A program made the translations under genes and the position numbers. 64,000 bases of DNA from Malacoraja senta (Eukaryota): NCBI GenBank assembly GCA_038087875.1, contig JAXLNO010004250.1, positions 1-64,000 on the forward strand, in the 5' to 3' direction. Below are positions 60,259 through 64,000 of the stretch, piece by piece (position 1 is the stretch's first letter; each line of letters starts with the position of its first letter). Below the pieces are notes generated by a model. That model ran no database searches. It was not told the DNA's origin and saw only the letters and a program-made list of their open reading frames with translations.

Positions 60259-61245
60259 TCAGATCCCTTCTTTCCCTCTTAAAAGATCCTTAACCTTCTC
60301 GAATTTGTTTCTTTTTTGCACAATTTCATACGGGTAGTCCCTGAATATCTTAATAGTGTCATTCTCCAGCCGCAGTTGCACACCGTATTTGATTTTGCTC
60401 ATAACATCTTCCAGTTCTAAAATATCCCGAAATTTCACAATAATATGTCGTGGATAAGTTTTTCCCGCACCAGATCTTTGTTTAAATCTTGGGACACGAT
60501 GAGCCACTTCGATTTTCGGTTCTTTGGAAAGATTCAGCAGTTGTTTAAGCAAGCCCATGGCAAACTCACGCACATCCTCCCCCTCGGCTCCCTCTGAGAC
60601 TCCAGGAATTCTCAAATTCTGACGTCTAGAGCGAGCTTCCAGGTCCAGGCATTTTTCTGAAACTTTACTGAGTTGAGTCACCATCTGTAGTGAAGTTTGT
60701 TCATTTTCTCGCCTCATTTGCTCATGTTCTTGCCTCATTTCCGCCATGTCTTCAACCACTCGAGCCGTGTTTTTCTCCAATTCCGTAATTGTGCACATAC
60801 TTGCAGCTAGTGTTTCAAGCACAGCCGTGAACTTGTCCGTAGTAGTTTCATCCATCTTGTCCATTCTCTCTGATAGTCCATCTTTCACCTCATCAATTCG
60901 TTTATTCATAATGTCCAGTGAATCAATCATATTCTTCTGATTACCAGCATTTAAATCGCTCATCATCTTCTCCATTCCTTCCATCATTTTTGCCATATTT
61001 TCCTTCATATCTTCCTTCATATTTTCCTTCATATTTTCCATCATAATTTTATTTTCGTCCAAAATCTCATCTTTCATATTTTTCACTGATTTCTTCAAGT
61101 CATCAAACTCTTTCTTAGATCTTGTATCCATTTCTGCAGCCACTTCAGAGACTTCAGAGGTAACTTCTGCTTCAGGCTTCTTCTGGTCTCTCAGCAGCTT
61201 TTTCACTGATCTCTGAGGGTTCACAGCTGGAGGCAGTTTACTCAT
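60259..61245 (-). CDS. L1 ORF1p (coiled coil + RRM + CTD)
   Basis: 328-aa ORF with RRQNLRI.GV.EG.EG, HRV and PRHIIVKF motifs. The frame appears to change near the C-terminus relative to the other copies. Confidence 0.88.
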   Translation of the reverse strand: MSKLPPAVNPQRSVKKLLRDQKKPEAEVTSEVSEVAAEMDTRSKKEFDDLKKSVKNMKDEILDENKIMMENMKENMKEDMKENMAKMMEGMEKMMSDLNAGNQKNMIDSLDIMNKRIDEVKDGLSERMDKMDETTTDKFTAVLETLAASMCTITELEKNTARVVEDMAEMRQEHEQMRRENEQTSLQMVTQLSKVSEKCLDLEARSRRQNLRIPGVSEGAEGEDVREFAMGLLKQLLNLSKEPKIEVAHRVPRFKQRSGAGKTYPRHIIVKFRDILELEDVMSKIKYGVQLRLENDTIKIFRDYPYEIVQKRNKFEKVKDLLRGKEGI

Positions 61246-61859
61246 TTAAAGGGCTTTAAACCACCGTTTAAAACATCGCGCTTAATGATGACGTCATCAG
61301 CGCGGCGACCAGAAGCTCCGGTAAGGTTTTTAAAAACAATCCCGATTTCTGGACCTGTTTTACGGAAATTTTTCGGGAGAGGAGCTAGGTGCACGTCTGT
61401 TAGTCCAACATGGCGCCACCGGAAGTCGGCAGTTGTGTAGATGAAGCATGGAGGCTGCAGAATGACGTGGACAGGTTGGGGGAGCCGGCAAAGAAGTGGA
61501 ACGTGGAATACAGCAGGTTGCTGTGTTTGACTGCTGTGAGTTGATAGTCTAAAATATCTGTTTCCCGCCATGCCCTGGCACTGATAAGGACAAGCGCAGT
61601 GAACTGCTCAGAGACATCTTCTGAAACCCCCGATATCTCACGATCGATCTCTCCAGTCGGTTCCTGTTTAACTCCGCTCACCTTTCTCCAGCAGCCGATC
61701 CCCGCTGAGAGTCCAACCATCCCCAAAGTAGATTATGTTTGGGACTCGCGTCACACTGAGAATCTGACCGCGGATCTCCCACCTTCTCCCCACAATACGT
61801 GAGCACTTCCACGTCGGCTGCTGCTGAAAACGTTCACTGTTTCTGGAAGGACAGGTCGA

Positions 61860-62990
61860 GTGAAGGTGAGAATGCTGTTCATCGATTACAGCTCAGCATT
61901 CAACACCATCATACCCTCTAAACTGATCACCATACTCGGTGACCGGGGCATCGACCCCTCCCTCTGCAACTGGATGCTGGACTTTCTAACCAACAGACCC
62001 CAGTCTGTTAGGTTAGACAAGCACACCTCTTCAACCCTCACACTGAACACCGGCGATCCACAGGGCTGTGTGCAGAACCCCCTCCTCTACTCCCTCTTCA
62101 CCTACGACTGCACACCTGTACATGGTACTAACACCATCATCAAGTATGCAGATGATACAACGGTGATTAGCCTCATCAGCAACAACGATGAGTTGGCCTA
62201 TAGGGAGGAGGTCCAGCTCCTAGCAGCATGGTGCGCTGACAACAACCTAGCCCTTAACTCCAAGAAGACCAAGGAGCTCATTGTAGACTTCAGGAACTCT
62301 AGGGGTGGCACGCACACCCCTATCCTCATTAACGGGACGGAGGTGGAACGTGTTTCCAGCTTCAGGTTTCTGGGGATCAACATCTCCGATGACCTTTCTT
62401 GGACCCACAATACCTCAACTCTGGTCAAGAAGGCTCACCAGCTTCTCTTCTTCCTGAGGAGACTAAAGAAGGTCCATCTGTCTCCTCAGATTCTGGTGAA
62501 CTTCTACCGCTGCACCATCGAGAGCATCCCTACCAACTGTATCACAGTATTGTATGGCAACTGCTCTGTCTGTGGAAAGCACTGCAGAGGGTGGTGAAAA
62601 TTGCCCAATGCATCACCGGTTCCTCACTCCCCTCCATTGAGTCTGTCCAAAGCAAGCGTTGTCTGCGAAGGGCGCTCAGCATCGCCAAGGACTGCTCTCA
62701 CCCCAGCCACAGACTGTTTACCCTCCTACCATCCGGGAGGTGCTACAGGTCTCTCCGTTGTCGGACCAGCAGGTCCAGGAACAGCTTCTTCCCTGCGGCT
62801 GTTACATTACTCAACACTGTACCTCGGTGACTGCCAATCACCCCCCCCCCCCCCGGACACTCCTCCCACCAGGATTTATTAGATTTATTTATTGCTCATA
62901 TTTATGTCGCTCTTCTAGGGAGATGCTAACTGCATTTTGTTGTCTCTGTACTGTACACTGCACAATGACAATAAAGTTGAATCTGAATCT
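61860..62990 (+). mobile_element. 5'-truncated Rex1/Babar LINE, same family as 6557-9052
   Basis: ORFs 61860-62597 and 62399-62830; tail ataaagttgaatctgaatctga. Confidence 0.9.
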
Positions 62991-63523
62991 GAGCTGCTCC
63001 AGATCGGTGGCGCTTTGCTGGTCCGTCACTGAACCCTGGGAGGGGCAGCTCTGTTGTCCCAGTGGTAGAAGATGGGCAACAAATGTCCTGTATAATCAGG
63101 GCACAACTACTCAAACCTGGACCGTACAATGGAACAGGGGAGGTGACCACCTGGACCAGGCGGTTATTCCGTGTTGACTCTACACTGCCCCCTGCGGCCA
63201 GGTGTGTGTTGGGATGGTCGAAAATGTCGGATGAATGGTTCGCACGGTTCACGCATTGTATATATTTATTACTTGAATAAAGTCTATTTTGAAAAAAAAA
63301 TGGTCAGCTGCAAATCCCCTCATTCCCTCCGCTTCTTTCACCAATGACCTCAGCCCGAGTCCTCCGCTCACAGCCCTCCATCCACAGGGCCCACTTTCCC
63401 CTCCTTCACTGGGGCAACCCGTCCCCATTCTGAACCCCTCTATTCAAATCGTACCCCACCTCACCTTCCCCAGCTCACACACACACCTTTCCCGGATCAC
63501 AGAACTACCCCAGCCTCCCTGCT

Positions 63524-63785
63524 GGGCGGCACGGTGGCGCAGCGGTAGAGTTGGTGCTTCACAGCGCCAGAGACCCGGGTTCGATCCTGACGACAGGTGT
63601 TGTCTGTATAGAGTTTGTACGTTCTCCCCGCGACCGCGTGGGTTTTGCCCGAGTGCTCCAGTTTTCTTCTATAATCCAAAGACAGGCAGGTTTGTAGATA
63701 ATTGGTGTCGGGGAAATTTGTAAAATTGTCCCTCTAGTGCAGGATCGTGCTGTTGTACAGGGTCATCTCTGGTCGTCGGGAGAGA
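63524..63785 (+). mobile_element. HE1/V-SINE-like element
   Basis: tRNA-like head ggcggcacggtggcgcagcggtagag...gggttcgatcc and central gagtttgtacgttctccccg segment. Confidence 0.75.
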
Positions 63786-64000
63786 AACAAGAGCAAATGA
63801 GAGAATAGAGCCCTGGGAGGCATCGTTCACTGTTTATTCCACTGGACAATATAATCTCACCCCCTGATTATTTTTTATTGTTCCGGCATCTTTTGACTTC
63901 AGAATCATTTTTTGTCCTTTGACAGGTTTGATGATGGGTGACTGAAGAAATTCCCGGGAGAAGGTTTGTCCCGGAACCGACTCCCATGAAAGGAGACTCA

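Larger units (their letters stand above)
48822..61427 (-). mobile_element. Full-length L1 with 15-bp TSD, interrupted by an ERV, a CR1 fragment and a short repeat
   Basis: TSD GGCAGTTGTGTAGAT at 48807-48821 and 61428-61442; 5' end GACTTCCGGTGGCGCCATG; ORF1 60259-61245; ORF2 pieces 58500-49311; T-rich tail at 48822. Confidence 0.93.

Noticed and set aside
63524-63600. tRNA gene
   Set aside because: The tRNA-like head continues into a SINE body; it is a SINE (same for 13860-13931).

Overview
Repeat-dense vertebrate genomic DNA, most likely a cartilaginous fish (skate/ray), judged from CR1 LINEs with (CATAGAAA)n tails and HE1/V-SINE-like elements. There are four N gaps. No complete multi-exon gene is visible. 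Most of the window is nested retroelements (CR1, L1, Rex1/Babar, L2, Penelope, Gypsy and a deleted epsilon-like ERV), and several nestings can be resolved from target-site duplications. Positions 1-9160 are repeated almost identically at 14645-23803 (period about 14.64 kb), and the identity breaks inside a CR1. Host-gene material consists of a butyrophilin-like leader exon plus IgV exon (minus strand, 46284-45554), a frameshifted B30.2/PRY exon (plus strand, 30801-30953), three copies of a TDP2-like first exon (34.8, 37.4 and 40.3 kb), a CpG island and a compact promoter. The most notable signals are: a family of short Penelope-derived repeats carrying a minimal hammerhead-ribozyme-like core with stem covariation; a young non-autonomous ERV with apparently identical LTRs and an in-frame Gag-RNaseH fusion; a Gypsy LTR carrying a 15x E-box palindrome array just upstream of a TDP2-like start codon; and BTN, B30.2 and TDP2 pieces lying together as in the mammalian extended MHC. 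All comparisons were made by eye; no alignments or database searches were run.
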